A stretch of 64,000 nt of DNA from Kudoa neothunni. Taxonomy: Eukaryota; Animalia; Cnidaria. Under the pieces are notes generated by a model. The model was given only the letters and a program-made list of their open reading frames with translations, made no database searches and was not told where the DNA came from. Shown here piece by piece: positions 62,940-64,000 of the stretch (its first letter is position 1; each line of letters begins with the position of its first letter). Location: positions 16,413,469 to 16,477,468 of the forward strand of contig OZ199838.1 of assembly GCA_964304625.1 (NCBI GenBank). Reading direction: 5' to 3'. A program made the position numbers and the translations under genes.

Positions 62940-64000
62940 ATTTATGGATGCTTTGAATCTGTCTATCCAAAACTAGGTTCAAATTAGACGGAGTTGAGGT
63001 CCAATCGGACTCCATTCCGGGCAGGGAGGGTTAATGCCATCCATACGAACTGTTCCATCCTCATTAACTGATGATATTCCATTTCTTGGAGATACTAGAT
63101 ATTTTATTGCATCCCAAATGCTCTCAATTGTGTTCGTGTGAGCTCCCGAAATACTATCCACATATTCTATATTGTGGTTAACAATGAGGTGAGTGTAGAA
63201 ATTATGAAGTGTGGCGTAGCTTTTGAAACAATCAGTGATGATAATGGAGCCTGGTTTAACATAATATTTTTATTAGAGTTTTAGTTTTTTTTTACAAGAT
63301 CAAACCCCTGGCGCAACTTGTTAGGTTGTGAAGGTGGGACTGGTTAGGCCTTCTCCATTTACGCTTTAGGTAACGCAGCGTCATATTAAAGCGATTTACG
63401 TTTATGCGGTAGTGTGGGATTTAACCCACAAAACATCCTCGATTCGGAGCAACCACCATCTCGACCATACCTTGGACTAACCCAGAATTAGTCTGGGAAG
63501 GTCGTCTGAATGCGGGCGTCGACCCTACTGAAATCCCCTACTGGGTTGTATTTCGTTCCTGTACGTACCCCGGCATTTATGAACGCCCGAAATCTACCCT
63601 TCCACCAGGCTCCCCTCCCAGCTGCAAGTAAAGTCACGATAAATCGTAGATCCTTGCGATTACTATAGCCTTCCTACTTCATTTTGGATTAGGAACACAG
63701 GAACGCCTGAATTAGGCCTTGAACTCACAACCTCAAGGTATACGATCTCGACCTAACACCACTATGCCATATTGTCCATTAGAGTTTCAGTAATTCTATC
63801 GGGGACCTCCACTAAAAACATTCTTCTTTGGGGCGTCCTTCCCACATCCCCAAGAACCCATGCCCCATTAAAACCATGGCCTTTGTTATCTTTATTTTAC
63901 CAAACTTCGACTCATCAATTTCTACGACTGTGTTTTCTTCTCTAATTATGATGTCCTCGAATACCAAACTGTCGGCCATCATTTATCTGAGGCAGTGCGA
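62940..64000 (-). pseudogene. Merlin/ISXO2 transposase remnant split by a SINE
   Basis: VVEIDESKFGK, VEVPDR, VKPGSIIITDCFKSY, VNH, SGAHTNTIESIWDAIK motifs. Confidence 0.8.
63286..63777 (-). mobile_element. tRNA-derived SINE (~490 nt)
   Basis: Head with A-box TGGCATAGTGG and B-box-like GAGTTCAAGGCC, GC-rich body, A-tail. 14-bp TSD ATTAGAGTTTTAGT (63272-63285) / ATTAGAGTTTCAGT (63778-63791). Confidence 0.85.

Noticed and set aside
63700-63777. Functional tRNA gene
   Set aside because: A and B boxes are present, but there is no convincing cloverleaf, and it continues into a body, A-tail and TSD, so it is a SINE head.

Overview
This is AT-rich eukaryotic genomic DNA with many short spliceosomal introns (about 40-80 nt). 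It is almost certainly metazoan (DEAF1-like gene, dsRBD-bearing DUS2). The compact, parasite-like architecture resembles myxozoans, but the taxon cannot be fixed from sequence alone. The left ~27 kb holds housekeeping genes (Tim9, ZNF207/BuGZ, DUS2, MCM7, a DEAF1-like MYND protein, FARSB) with decayed DNA transposons between them. From ~29.6 to 57.2 kb lies the main novelty: a head-to-tail array of four 10-exon paralogues of a ~845-aa type I membrane protein. Each has a signal peptide, about seven FN3-like modules (six with a C-x16/21-C-x5/11-C-x3/5-C motif), a mucin-like loop, two micro-exons, a TM helix and a KN[RK]G tail. The copies are hypervariable in membrane-distal Cys loops, nearly invariant near the membrane, and related in a patchwork (1~3/2~4 alternating with 1~4/2~3). 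This fits a surface-antigen or receptor family diversified by segmental exchange. The spacers and the last 7 kb contain nested elements: pogo in Merlin, MULE in MULE, and a tRNA-derived SINE in a Merlin transposase. Single-base insertions in essential genes suggest residual assembly indel errors, which limits pseudogene calls.
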